Source of the DNA: Octopus sinensis | Taxonomy: Eukaryota | DNA length: 64,000 nucleotides | Assembly: GCF_006345805.1 (NCBI RefSeq) | Contig: NC_042999.1 | Location: 14,756,001-14,820,000 of the forward strand | Direction of reading: 5' to 3' | Shown: in pieces, positions 1 to 12,516 of the stretch | Numbering within the stretch: position 1 is the stretch's first letter | How the letters are laid out: every line of letters begins with the position of its first letter | Program-made: the position numbers and the translations under genes | Notes under the pieces: model-generated | The model's database searches: none | Told to the model about the DNA's origin: nothing | What the model saw: the letters and a program-made list of their open reading frames with translations, nothing else

Positions 1-385
1 TTCATAATCATGTGTTTTGGGTTCGGTCCCACTGCACAGCACCACCCTGGGCAAGTGCCTTTTGCTATAGTTCCAGGCCAAACTAAGCTTTGTGGATTTG
101 GTAGATGGGAACAGAAAAAATCCATCATGTGTGAGCATGCATGAGGAGTGTGTTGAGAGACTGAAAATCTGTGAAAACATGTCCTCCTATTATGATGTTC
201 ATGTTCAAAGAACTGGGAAATAATACCATATTTAGAAAACAGATGAGGGTTGGCAACAGGAAAAGCATCCAGGCATAGAAAATCTATCACTAACAATTTC
301 ATTGAATACTGAATACATACAAGCATGGCAAAATGAACAGTAAGATGACAAGAACAATGATATTGGTTTAGTCTTATTTTGTCAG

Positions 386-411
386 CGAGTAACAGCAGAC
401 TTAATCTGAGA
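386..411 (+). other. Candidate 26-nt exon (UTR or coding) of the left-hand plus-strand gene
   Basis: Acceptor gtcttattttgtcag| and donor |gtaagt; a 71-nt intron to the acceptor at 482. Only one frame is open (xCG-S-N-S-R-L-N-L-R). Confidence 0.35.
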
Positions 412-482
412 GTAAGTTTAATCTCAAATTCAGATATAACTCTACTGCACAAACAACGCTTCTTTCATATTTATTTCCCCAG

Positions 483-539
483 GGAGGATAACTTTGAAGA
501 ACAGTGGAAACAAGAACATGAGAAAGTAGTTTCTGGAAA
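483..539 (+). other. Candidate 57-nt exon of the left-hand gene (one open frame, EDNFEEQWKQEHEKVVSG)
   Basis: Polypyrimidine acceptor tttcatatttatttccccag| and donor |gtttgt. The frame relationship to downstream exons is unresolved. Confidence 0.4.
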
Positions 540-1074
540 GTTTGTTTTCTTTGCCATGTCAAAAGTATACTCTGTACTAGGGGTCAGCCAACAGATTAAA
601 TCATTGACCCTTTTCATGGAATCTGTGATAAATTATACACCCTACTCTGTCAGACATGCTGACCAGCTTACTGCCATAATAATTCTATGTACTACTAAAG
701 GCACAAAGCCTGGAATTTGGGGGAAATGGGGCCAGTTGATTTGATTGATGCCAGTATTTTTATTTTATATTTGTTTTATTAAACCTGAAAGGATGAAAAG
801 CCAAGTGAGCCTCAATGAGATTTGAACTCCAAAGGTAAAACTGAAAGAAATGCTAGTTTGCCACTTCAATGCAAATAATAATAATCCTTTCAGCTGTTGG
901 CACAAGGCCAGACATTTTGGGGAAGTGCGCTAATTGATTACATTGACCTCAGTATCTGACTGGTACTTTATTTCTTAATACACCAAAAGGATGAAAGGCA
1001 AAGTTGACACTGGTGGAATTTGAAATCAGAATGTTGAGCCCCATGCTAGTAGGGTGCTAAGAGCACCATCCGAG

Positions 1075-1437
1075 CGTGATCATTGCCAGAGCGGCCAACT
1101 GGCTTCCGTGCCGGTGGCACGTAAAAGGCACCATTCAAGCATGATCGTTACCAGCATCACCTTACTGGCACCTGTGCCGGTGGCATATGTAAAAAGATTC
1201 GAGCAAGGTCATTGCCAGTACTGCCTGACTGGCCCCCGTGTCAGTGGCACATAAAAGCACCCACTACACTCTCGGAGTGGTTGGCATTAGGAAGGGCATC
1301 CAGCTGTAGAAACTCTGCCAGATCAAGACTGGAGCCTGGTGCAGCTATCTGGTTCGCCAACCCTCAGTCAAATCGTCCAACCCATGCTAGCATGGAAAGC
1401 GGATGTTAAAAGATGATGATGATGATGATGATGATGA
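1075..1437 (+). mobile_element. SINE-C ((GAT)n-tailed retroposon with repeated GTGCC-GGT-GGCAC hairpin modules)
   Basis: Core ggttggcattaggaagggcatccagctgtagaaac; tail ggacgttaaa(gat)n. Other copies at about 1817-2105(-), 10512-10690(-), 18650-18950(+), 31495-31683(+), 32362-32625(-), 33490-33895(-), 35690-35860(+), 62140-62297(+). Confidence 0.8.
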
Positions 1438-2579
1438 ATGTGAAGAAACAGAATAACATTTGTTTCTGATTTAGGCTCAAGACCGGCATTTTGATGGGAG
1501 GGTGTTAGTTGGTACTACTGACCCAAGTCCTTGAGCAGGTCTTTATTTTACTGACCATAATCATCATCATTTAAGATTCATCTTCCATGCTGGCATGGGT
1601 TGGACAGTCTGACAGGAACTGAAAAGCTGGAGAGCTGCACCAGACTGTTTTAATAAGGTTTCTAGGGTTTGATGCTCTTCCATATGCCAACCACTTTACA
1701 AAGTGTACTGAGTGCTTTTTACATGACACCAGCATGGGTGCCTTTTATGTGGCACCAGCCTCGAGGAAGGAAAGCCAAGGCTAACTTCACCAGGATATGA
1801 AATCAATAACATCATCATCATCGTTTAACATCCATTCTCCATGCTAGCATGGGTTGGACGGTTCGACCGGGGATCTGGGAAGCCAGAAGGCTGCACCAGG
1901 CTCCGGTCTTATCTGGCAATGTTTCTACAACTGGATGCCCTTCCTAATGCCAACCACTCCGTGAGTGTAGTGGGTGCTTTTTACGTGCCACCTGCACTGG
2001 TGCCAGACGAGGCTGGCATCGGCCACGGTCGGATTGGTGCATTTTATGTGCCACCTGCACAGAAGCCAGTCGAGGCGGCACTGGCTTCGGCCACGATTCG
2101 GATAGACAGTGGTTTCAAATTCTGGCACAAAACCAGAAAATCTTAGAGGGAAAGATAAGTTGATTACATTAACTCCATTAATCCCCCATATGTACTTTAT
2201 TGACCCCAAAAGGATAAAAGGCAAAAATCAACCTTGACAGAATTAATAACATAAGTGGTTATGACTAAGATTTGTTATTGTGGTAAGTGGAAAAATCTGA
2301 TATTTCAGACAACCGGTTCTTTGATTTAATGCTTCGGTCACCTCATCACCTTAATTTCACCTCTCGTGGTATTAAAACTTGTTACTAAATAGTACTGAAC
2401 TTATTATTATTATAAGATATCCTGTTGCAACCATCTGCATTGCATTTGATTTCAAACTTCAAAGTAGTGGTATTGATTTAATTGGCAAGAGCATGTATTT
2501 AATGTCAAATTTAGAAAACATAATTAGCCATTTACATTGCATGTTCTTATTCCTATAAATGGTGTACAATTTTTACTAG

Positions 2580-2636
2580 TTATGAAAACAGAAGAAACTC
2601 TGCTGGAACAAATTTTAGATGTGTTGCCAAAATATG
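2580..2636 (+). CDS. Candidate exon, (V)MKTEETLLEQILDVLPKY
   Basis: Acceptor aatttttactag|, donor |gttgtg (weak). 57 nt, phase 1-1, joins in frame to exon 10309. Confidence 0.45.
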
Positions 2637-3211
2637 GTTGTGTGTAATAACAAAAATAGGGAAAAAGTTCAGGAGACTTTACCTATTTCTTTACTACATA
2701 GAAGGGGCTAAACACAGAGAGGACAAACAAGGACAGACAAATGGATTAAGCCAATTATATTGACCCCGAAAGAATGAAAGGCAAAGTCGACCTCGGCAGA
2801 ATTTGAACTCAGAACGTAGCGGCAGATGAAATACCACTAAGCATTTCGCCCGGCATGCTAATGTTACTGCTAGCTCACCGCTGTTCAAGAGACTTTACCA
2901 TCTCTGTTATCATCCTGTCCAGGTTCATTGCACTCTCTTGCTTCTATTGTCTTTCAGTTACAGGTGACACTTTGAGCTCTTAGTCTTGCAAGTGGCATGG
3001 CAACCTCACATGTGCTGAAACCATGTAAAAAGCACCTACTTCTTGCGAAGTGGTTGGCATTAGGAAGGGTGTCTAACCATAGAAACTATGACAAAGTAGA
3101 CATAGGAACATGAAGTAATGTTCTGGTTCATCAGATCGTTTCAAACTGTAATCTATGCCAGCAAGGAAGATGGATTGCGATGGTGTTGCAAGGACACAAA
3201 TTGGTAATTCT

Positions 3212-3605
3212 TACTCTTTTTACTCTTACTTGTTTCAGTCATTTGACTGTGGCAATGATGGAGCACCGCCTTTAGTCAAGCAAATCAACCTCAGGACTAA
3301 CTCTTTGTAAGCCTAGTACTTAATCTATAGGTCTCTTTTGCTGACCCGCTATGTTACGGTGATGTAAACACACCAGCATCGGTTGTCAAGTGATGTTGGG
3401 GGGGGGCGACAAACAGACACACACACACACATATATATATATATACGACGGGCTTCTTTCAGTTTCTGTCTACCAAATCCATTCACAAGGCTTTGGTCAG
3501 CCCAAGGCTATAGTAGAAGACACTTGCCCAAGGTGCCATGCAATGGGAATGAACCTGGAACCATGTGGCTGGTAAACAAACTACTTACCACCCAGCCACA
3601 CCTCA
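3212..3605 (-). mobile_element. SINE-A (tRNA-derived, ~390 bp with internal CA/TA microsatellite)
   Basis: On the minus strand, head tggctg.gtggtaag (A-box) ... ggttcagtccc (B-box); tail gactgaaacaagtaaaag. A second copy follows at about 3762-4110. Confidence 0.9.
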
Positions 3606-4560
3606 TTCTTAATGAAAATTTTATATAAATAATTTCATTCATGTACTTTTGATTATTTTGTTAGAAGAAAGGGAATAAAACAAATTTAAACTTTTTACAC
3701 TTTTACATTCAAATTTCAAATCTGCCCAAGTTGAGCTAATTTGTTTTGTTTTTGATTCTTATACTTTTGTTTCAGTCATTTGACTGCAGCCATGCTGGAG
3801 CGCCACCTTAAAGGGTTTCTTTCCATTAGAGAAATTGACCCCAGGACTTATTCTTCATAAGCCTAGTAGTTATTTCATTGGTCTCTTTTGCTGAACTGCT
3901 AAATTACAGGGATGTAAACATACTAGCATTGGTTCATTGGTTGTCAAGCAATGGTAGGAGGACAGACACACATAAATATATACGAAACGGGCTTCTTTCA
4001 GTTTCCATCAATCAAATCCATTCACAAAACTTTGGTTGGCCTGAGACACTTTCCCAAGGTGCCATACAGTGGGACTGAACCTGGAACCATGTGGTAAGCT
4101 TCTTACCACACTTTTTGGTTTCTCTTTTTCTTTTTTTTTTGCTTCTTTAATTAACAAAACAAACAGCAACACACTCAAGTTGATTAAATTATCTATTCTC
4201 ATTTCTTGAGAATTACCAGTTCGTGCCTCTGTCAGTGACACACACATTCTTTTTATTCTTTTAATGATTTCACTCATACGACTTCAGCCACGTTGGACCA
4301 TCACCTGCAAGTACACTACCAAACTAATTGTTATACAGTGCTCGGATTTATCTATTTGGGTTTTGAGATCTCTGCAGGGTCAACTTTGTTACAAGGCCAT
4401 TGATCTTCAAAAGGAGAAAAAGTGATATAAAAATAAAATGTTCCACTTCCTTATAATAGAACTATGTCAGTGACCAGGTCAGAATTGGTGCAATTGAAAT
4501 TTTGACACCAAATGAATGTTAAAGTGAAGTCAATATCAAAATATCAAACAAACAACTTAA

Positions 4561-4782
4561 CCCTTTCATTACTGTATTTATTTTGAGATGCTCTGTGTTT
4601 CTTTCAATTAATTTAAATATAACAATGAATTTAGTAAAAATAACTTAGTTATTATTCAGCTAGTGTTAGGAACATAAATTGTGACTAAGGTTTGGTGGAA
4701 GATTTTAATTCAAAACTTATGAAAACAAGACATTTGTACTACAGAGCCAGAGGCGGTTTCAGCCGGGTTGGTAATGAAAGGG
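4561..4782 (+). mobile_element. piggyBac-type MITE (~222 bp)
   Basis: TTAA|ccctttcattac ... gtaatgaaaggg|TTAA. Confidence 0.85.
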
Positions 4783-5197
4783 TTAAAGAGAGGGGCAGGA
4801 GAGAAGAGATGGAGAAGTGGAGAGAGGGGCACAGAGAGAGGGAGAGAGAGAGAGGCTTTAGAGAAGGAGGGGTATAGATAGGCTGAATGCTTTATTGTTC
4901 TGGAATTTTTGTAAAAACTAAATGCTACCAGGGTCAACTTCCTCTTTCATCTTTCACACCATTGATGATGTTAGTGTCACATTGCACTGGCGTCAGTTTA
5001 CCCTGGCTGTGTCTCTCCCCTACAGAAAATTGCTGGGCTTGTTAGGCAATTAACATTTACAATAATGAATTTCAGACATATTGTAATGAACAAAAGAAGA
5101 CAAGACTCTTTTTAGACAGCAGACCCCGTTTCAGAAATGGGGAGAAAGGAAGTGGGGAAGCTAAAATGAACACAAAGTGTGTAGCAATGTCATGGAA

Positions 5198-5456
5198 GTG
5201 GTGGTGGAGGTGACGATGATGGTGGTGGTGGTGGTGATGATGAGGGTGATGATGATGATGGTGGTGGTGGTGATGATGATGATGGTGGTGATGACGATGA
5301 CGATGATGATAGTGGTGGTGATGATGATGGTGGTGATGATGATGGTGGTGATTATGATGATGATGATGGTGGTGATAATGGTGGTGGTGATGATGATGAT
5401 GGTGATAATGGTGGTGGTGATGATGGTGATGGTGATAATGGTGGTGGTGATGATGG

Positions 5457-5536
<80 letters not shown>
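5198..5536. repeat. Compound (GAT/GGT)n trinucleotide repeat
   Basis: About 340 bp of mixed GAT/GGT triplets ending in pure (GAT)n. Confidence 0.95.
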
Positions 5537-5825
5537 GTCTTCTCCCTTTCTAACATTTACAACAGAAATAGGTTGCAAGTGGTGATGATGAGTAGGAGAT
5601 AGATGAAGCTGAGAAAGGAGGAGCTGTATTACATGAAAGGGAGTGGGAGAGCAAGGAGCAAAGTAAAGAAAGAAAGAAAGGTTGTCATTCTAGATTTAAA
5701 TAAAAGAAATGGGCTGAGGTTAAAATAAATTCAGCTTCTTCTCATCAGACTTTGGTTAATTAGAAAGAAGTATTCCATGGTTGATGACAATGATCTTTAT
5801 AATGATGACAATACCACCATCTGAT

Positions 5826-6228
5826 TTCTTTATTGCCCACAAGGGGCTAAACATAGAGGGGACAAACAAGGACAGACAAATGGATTAAGTTGATTAGATC
5901 GATCCCAGTGCATAACTGGTACTTAATTTATTGACCCCAAAAGGATGAAAGGCGAAGTCAGCCTCGGCGGAATTTGAACCCAGAATGGAATGACAGATGA
6001 AATACATATTTCTTTACTACCCACAAGGGGCTAAACACAGAGGGAACAAACAAGGACAGACAAACGGATTAAGTCAATTACAATGACCCCAGTGCATAAC
6101 TGGTACTTATTTAATCGACCCCGAAAGGATGAAAGGCAAAGTCGACCTCAGCGGAATTTGAACCCAGAACGTAACAGCAGACGAAATACCGCTAAGCATT
6201 TTGCCCAGCGTGCTAACATTTCTGCCAT
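5826..6228 (-). repeat. SINE-B dimer
   Basis: Two B1 units; junction gatgaaatacatatttctttac near 6005. Confidence 0.85.
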
Positions 6229-7255
6229 CTGATGGGCTTCTTTCAGTTTCCACCTACCAAATCCACTCACAAGGCTTTGGTTGGCCCGAAGTTATAGTAG
6301 AAGACACTTGCCCAAGGTGCCACGCAGTGGGACTGAACCCAGAACCATGTGGTTGAGAAGCAAGCTTCTTACCACACAGCCATTCCTGCTCCTATGGTGA
6401 CGATATATTTTAATCACCCCCTGATGATGGTGGTGAGGGTGATGCTACCAAATGGTGCTATCAGTGATAATGCTGATACCATCTGATGGTAGCAATAGTG
6501 ATGATAATGTTGATAGTGACAATGATAACAAAAATGGCAATGATGACAAAATCACTGCAGTAGTGGTTAAAATATATCTATGCCTCCTACTTCCACTGCA
6601 AATAGACGATGGAATATAGACAGAGGTGACTCGTTTAAATCACAACCGTAATTAATGAAGTCAGTCTCAGAAAGACAATATGACTACTGAAAAACATATC
6701 AAAGCCAGGAATTTTATCTGTCTGACAATCTCATAAAAAAAATACGATAAAGAATTGTTCCACTTCATTATCATATCCTGTTTGATAGGATTCCAATTAA
6801 TAAATGAAGAAATCTAAGATAAAGAGCAAGAGAAAAAGGAAAAGAAATGTAGATAAATACCCTTGTAATTATAATTAATCTAAGGGATGAATTGGCAGAT
6901 TGATTAGAAATTAGGACAATATGTCATGTAGTATTTTAACTGAGTTAAAATCTGAGTTCGACTTTGCTTTTCATCTTTTATAGAACAAAATACTACATAC
7001 TGAGTGGTTTGGATATCTGCTTTGCAACAGTGAGGTTTTGAGTTCAGTCCTACTGTGTGACACCTTAGGAAAGTGTCTTATATCTTATTTCTTTATTGCC
7101 CACAAAGGGCTAATCATAGAGAGGACAAACAAGGATAGACAATAGGATTAAGTTGATTACATCGACCTCAGTGCGTAACTGGTACTTAATTTATCGACCC
7201 CGAAAGGATGAAAGGCAAAGTAGACCTCAGCGGAATTTGAACTCAGAATGTATCT

Positions 7256-7500
7256 ATGCCAGGACTTGGTCAGCCTAGGGATGAGACTAGAGAGCATGGT
7301 GTTAGCTTTGCAGTGAGAAACCAACTGCTGAAGATAAGGAGGCGGAGAGGGGTATGTGCAGGACCAAGTGGATTTTCTCAGTGTGACACCAATACATCCG
7401 ATGGTTCTGTCATCCTTGTCAGTGTCTGTACTTCAACCGGGTAATCTAAAAATGACAAAGTCTATGACCAACTCAAAGATAATTCAAGAGGCTTAAGAAC
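7256..7500 (+). mobile_element. RTE-clade LINE fragment (APE endonuclease region), degraded
   Basis: PRDETREHGVSFAVRNQLL ... TSDGSVILVSV ... DKVYDQLK resembles the RTE/BovB endonuclease. Confidence 0.65.
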
Positions 7501-7661
7501 ACGGTGGTGCTCCAGCATGACCACAGCTGCATGGCTGAAATGAATAAAAGAGTAAACTATTGCTGCTGGATGGCTTCATTGCCAGAGTGGTTGTTAACTA
7601 TGACACCTGGCTAAGTTACCTGAGTTGACATGGGATTGGCAACACTAAGCTTCTCCAAAAC

Positions 7662-8206
7662 TATTGGTTTGTCCGGAAAGTTTGTGTCGATTTTTAAAGG
7701 AAAGAAAAAGGTCAATAAATACTTGCCATTACATTTTTAATCAACCAAATATGAACCATTTTGTTGCACAATACATCTCCATCTTTTCTTTAACTTGAAA
7801 ATACCCTCTTCCCAGAATTGAGGTGGTTTCATGACAAAGAATTCATCAAGGTATCTTTTTACATCATCCAAGGTATTGAAATTTTTACTATTAAGACTAT
7901 TCTGCAGGGACCTGAATAAGTGGAAATGCGAAAGAGCAATATCTGATGAATATGGAGGTGGAGCAATTTTTGTCTGGTTCCCAAAGCATCAAATGCCGAA
8001 TATGAACTTTCTTATCTTCCATTTTAAAGGGTTACAGAATTAACACAGGTTATAGGAACATAAACCTTCTTCCACGAAAAGCTAGTTTAAATTGTGCTCT
8101 AGATGGAGGTGTAGTCAAATCCTATTTTATGGACTCAACCATATTCTAAAATTAGTCGAAAGGTAAGCTATTATAAATCGGCATGAACTTTCCAGACAAC
8201 CCAATA
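7662..8206 (-). mobile_element. Non-autonomous mariner derivative
   Basis: TA-flanked TIRs (ttggtttgtccggaaagtt / aactttccagacaacccaa). Internal remnant of the transposase C-terminus; same family as 37465-38031. Confidence 0.85.
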
Positions 8207-8982
8207 CATATGAAATGACAGCTATATAAAGAAACTACCGTTAATTTTATAACAATATCCCCACTACCTTCTGTAGTTACTGATAGTTATATATTGTACC
8301 TATTCAAAATTAGGTTAGGTAGGTTGATGTGGTTATATTATTTGATCTTTTGCATTGGTAGATGATAGCACCGGTAACTGGATACAATCTGCTGAAACTT
8401 CTGTTGATAGTCCAACAATTTATTGATTTGGCCAGCTGTGACTTCATGAATATAGTTTTAATGCTTTTCAAACATCTGGTGTATATTTTATAAAGTCATA
8501 TCTAAGTTTACCATCAGTCAACAGATCCATACACATGTCAAGTCATGTGATGAAGTAAAAGAATAAAACATTTCAAAATAAAATAAAGAACTGGGTCAGA
8601 ATTTACATTGAAACTTTACTAAAAACTCATAAATCATATGACTTATCTCAAAATATCTTATGATCAGAATTTAAAAGATTTTAATTGATAAAGCACATGA
8701 AGCTGTAACCTCATTTGCTTTAAGAATAATACACACACACAACACATGCATGCATACATAAAACAATGTTCCTGGAGTGGTGTAAACGTTTTATTTCATT
8801 GACCCATTTAATACTAAGCTGCCCGAGATTACCTCTGATCTAAGACAAAACTTTCATTACAAAATGGTTTTATCCGAGTTAAGACCTCTCATCATTTTAT
8901 GTTCAACCAATTTTAAGTTTTACGGAGATGTACTTGCATAGCAAGTGACATGATCTGAAATCGTGTGCTGGAACGGAAACAA

Positions 8983-9259
8983 TTGCAGCGTGGAATGTGT
9001 TTATAAGCCATTTAAGAAACACACAAAAACCGTTAGATTCACTTCAACACTTAAATTTAATTTGCCAGAATATTTTCGTCACTTTGAGACCGTGACCTGT
9101 TCACTGACAAAATTCTGTGCTGCATCGGAATTTTGTCAGTGAACAGGTCGCGGTTTTAAAGCGACGAAAATATTTTGGCAAATTAAATTTAAATATTGAA
9201 GTGAATCTAACGGTTTTTGTGTGTTTCTCAAATGGCTTTTAAACACTTCCCCGCTGCAA
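8983..9259. repeat. 277-bp near-perfect palindrome (foldback/MITE-like)
   Basis: Arms of about 133 bp (ttgcagcg...gacaaaattc / gaattttgtc...cgctgcaa) around a ~10-nt loop. Confidence 0.9.
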
Positions 9260-10308
9260 CAATTTTAAGTTATGTTATTGTAAAAAGTTATTTCAACAAA
9301 TTCATCTAAATTCTTGATTTTCAAAATTAATTTAAAGTGTACTTCGTTAGAAATAGAGCCACACAATGATTGATAGAGTTGTAGTTGGTTGGTGAAGGCA
9401 ACCAGATAACCAGATGACAGTTTCATCATCATTTAGCATCCCTGTTCCATGCTAATATGGGTTGGATTGTCTGACAGGATCCAACAGGTTTGAAGACTGC
9501 ACTGTGTTCCTATTTCTACCACAGTGTAGTGGATGCGTGGATGTATTAATAAATACATAAGTGCTTTGTAATAAATTAAAGATTTATTATCACTACATCA
9601 ATTTGTAAGCAATGTTACACATCGCTTGTACAAAATGCATATTAAATAGTGGTTGCAAATAATACATATTAAAGGAATGCATAATACAGGATACACATTA
9701 AATAGATATACCGCAAGAGTGTTATTGAGTACAGTAGGTCGCTGGTCGTCCTGTTAAACTTCGCCTGACCTGCTCGGGTCAGAGGTCGAAGGGAGACGAT
9801 CCATCATTTTTTGTCAGAACAAAGAGATTCTGATTTCGCGCCTTTTTGTGCATTGGTATTTTACGACCAATGATTCTTGGGTCTGATTTCGAATCCAAGC
9901 TTTGAGAAGGAAGTGCTAATTCTTACAACAGCATGGTTTCTATGGCTGGTTGCCATTCCTATTGCCAACCACTTTGCAGTGTTGTCAACTTGTTAAAGTT
10001 TCAATATTTCATGTCAATGCTATATTATCACATGAGCTAAAACTATCAACTCTAGCTGACAAACACCTCTTTGTACTAAATAGATATAAGCAGGTACATC
10101 TCAACATTGTAATGTAAGCAGCAGGAAGACCAGATAAATAAGTAGTGTTTCAGAACCTTGTAGTGCTAAATTCAAGGTCTTTGGTTATAGACCAAGGTAC
10201 AAAATGCTTATGTCACTGTTCTATTTAATCATTGCTAGTAACTGTAGTGTCAAAAATGAATCACATGAATTAAAATAATGACTCAAGGCTTTTAACAAAG
10301 ATTAACAG

Positions 10309-10440
10309 TCTTGGTAGTTGCTGTTTGCTTCTGGCACCTGTGGTATTTCTTGAGCACCTTTGAAGGTGTTAGTTTTCTTGAAGTTATACAAGCAGCAACA
10401 GACTTGATTTTTCCAGAGAGACAGACACAGAATAATGTCA
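10309..10440 (+). CDS. Internal exon with hydrophobic/TM-like segment, LVVAVCFWHLWYFLSTFEGVSFLEVIQAATDLIFPERQTQNNV
   Basis: Acceptor attaacag|, donor |gtgagg. 132 nt, phase 1-1, open frame; contained in ORF 10311..10703. Confidence 0.6.
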
Positions 10441-10766
10441 GTGAGGGGGAAACAGAACTGAATAAAATTAACATCCTAATTACTGAATCCCATTTTCATT
10501 TCCATCATGATAATCATCGTTTAACGTCCATTTTCCATGCTAGCATGGGTTGGACAGTTCAACCGGGGTCTGGGAAGCCAGGAGGCTGCACCAGGCTCCA
10601 GTCTTATCTGGCAGTGTTTCTACAGCAGGATGCCCTTCCTAACGCCAACTACTCTGTGAGTGTAGTGGGTGCTTTTTACGTGCCACCGGCATATTTCTTT
10701 TAATGTACATTGCCTATGCAGCAATTAAAAAAATAATGAAGAATTGAGTAAAATAACATTGTTTAA

Positions 10767-11852
10767 CCCTTTCGTTACCAAACCGCCCAAAGCCGCCCGA
10801 ACAAAATTTTGGTTTATGAAACCAAACCGCCCAAAGCCGCCCGAATTTACCTATTCATATTTAAATGAGAATATCAGAGCAAATCTCTTCAGTACATTCG
10901 TGAAAACACGTATTATACTTCGTAAACAGTTCAACTACAGTTTTGTACAATAATCGAAGTGTAATTTTAATTCCGTGAATTTTGGGAGATTTTTTTCCGA
11001 AATTTGTTCCTATTGTGTTTTCAAAATTTGTAATTCTGACAAAAAATGGATACGAATTTCATTATATCAAGCAGCGAGTCAGAATTCGAAGGATTTTCTA
11101 CTGAAGACCTTCATAAATCTAACTCTATGACTGAAAAAAAAAAAGCATGTGGTATTTGATAATGAATCCGATGTTTCATTTTCCGAAAGTGAAAACAGTG
11201 AATCTGAGATCTCCGATAGCGATAAAGAAAACGAATTGGCACCTGAATGGAGTGAAAATTTAAAAACTGTTTCTTTCGGTGATTTCTCTGAAGAAACTGG
11301 ACCAAGCCACAGACTTTCCCAGAAGGGTAAAGCCTTAGGCTATTTCTATTTACTTTTTCGAATGAGACTATTTGAAATCATTACAGCGGAGACGAACCGT
11401 TACGCTAAACGTAAACAAAGCAAAAGAAACGATAGTTTGTGGTTTCCCTCAACCTTAAATGAAATTAAGACTATTTTGCCATAAATATTATTATGGGTAT
11501 CAGAAAGTTACCCAGAATAACAAATTCTATCGTAAAATTTTGTTATATACCCAATTGAATATTAGCTAATAACCCATTTTCTATAGCGATGTTTGAACAA
11601 AATTTTAATAATTTTATATTTTGTGGAATTTACCTGTATCTACCTGCAATTAGAGTCAATTGTAACAAAAATTATAGTATAGAATTGGTTGAGAATATTT
11701 CATTAAATTATCTTCCAAAAATTAGATTGATATATCGATAAATAAAAAAGTTATAGTTGTTTAATGAAACCAGACTAAATTTATGATTACGTTAGAAATT
11801 AATTGAAACACATAAGGGGTGTAATTTGGTCAGAAATATAGTAACGAAAGGG
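10767..11852 (+). mobile_element. piggyBac deletion derivative retaining the N-terminal part of a PGBD-type transposase
   Basis: TTAA on both sides; TIR ccctttcgttac / gtaacgaaaggg. Acidic N-terminus then ...FYLLF..LFEIITAETNRYA...W..TLNEIK, frameshifted into FAINIIMGIRKLP. Confidence 0.85.
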
Positions 11853-12423
11853 TTAAACTGGTGGTTGGGGCATAAATTACCATGAAATTTTGACGGTAAG
11901 TTTTAAGTTGGATCATTTCAAAACAAAATTTATATTGCAGAATCCAGGTGCTGATATCATATGAAAAGCACTGGTGTTGATGCCACATAAAAAGTACCCA
12001 GTCCACTCTGTAAAGTGGTTGGCATCAGAAAGGGAATCTAGCTGTAGAAACCATGCTAAACAGACAATGGACCTGATGCAGCTCCTGGTGAATCATCCAA
12101 TCCATGCCAGCATGGAAGGATAGCCCAAGGTGGGCTGGTATCAATAATGGTTAAAGAAATAAAAATAAGGTACATTTTTTTTAAAGTGATTGAATGCAAT
12201 CAAAATCAAACCCAGAATCTTGAAGCTAATTACTTTAAGAAAATTCTCATAAGTAAAATAACCAAAACTAAACTCAAAATAACAATGAACCACCATTGAT
12301 GCGAAATCCTACTGAGTGGGTTACTTCCCTAAGCATTCAAACGATTTATAACAAGGGTACAAAACCTTTCATTTGGATGAGGAAACAATTGGTTATATTG
12401 AGCCCTGTACTTTTCAAGTATAG

Positions 12424-12516
12424 GGCTCAACTTTTCAAATATGGGCTTCACTTTATCAACATCAGAAGAACAAAAAGCAAAATTTACATCAGCAGAATTT
12501 GAACAAATACCACAAG
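12424..12516 (+). CDS. Internal exon (R)LNFSNMGFTLSTSEEQKAKFTSAEFEQIPQ
   Basis: Acceptor tacttttcaagtatag|, donor CAAG|gtattt. 93 nt, phase 1-1, continues the frame of exon 10309. Confidence 0.6.

Noticed and set aside
5072-5602. Poly-His, poly-Ile/Thr and poly-Met/Val ORFs
   Set aside because: All are readings of the (GAT/GGT)n repeat; no coding context or splice support.
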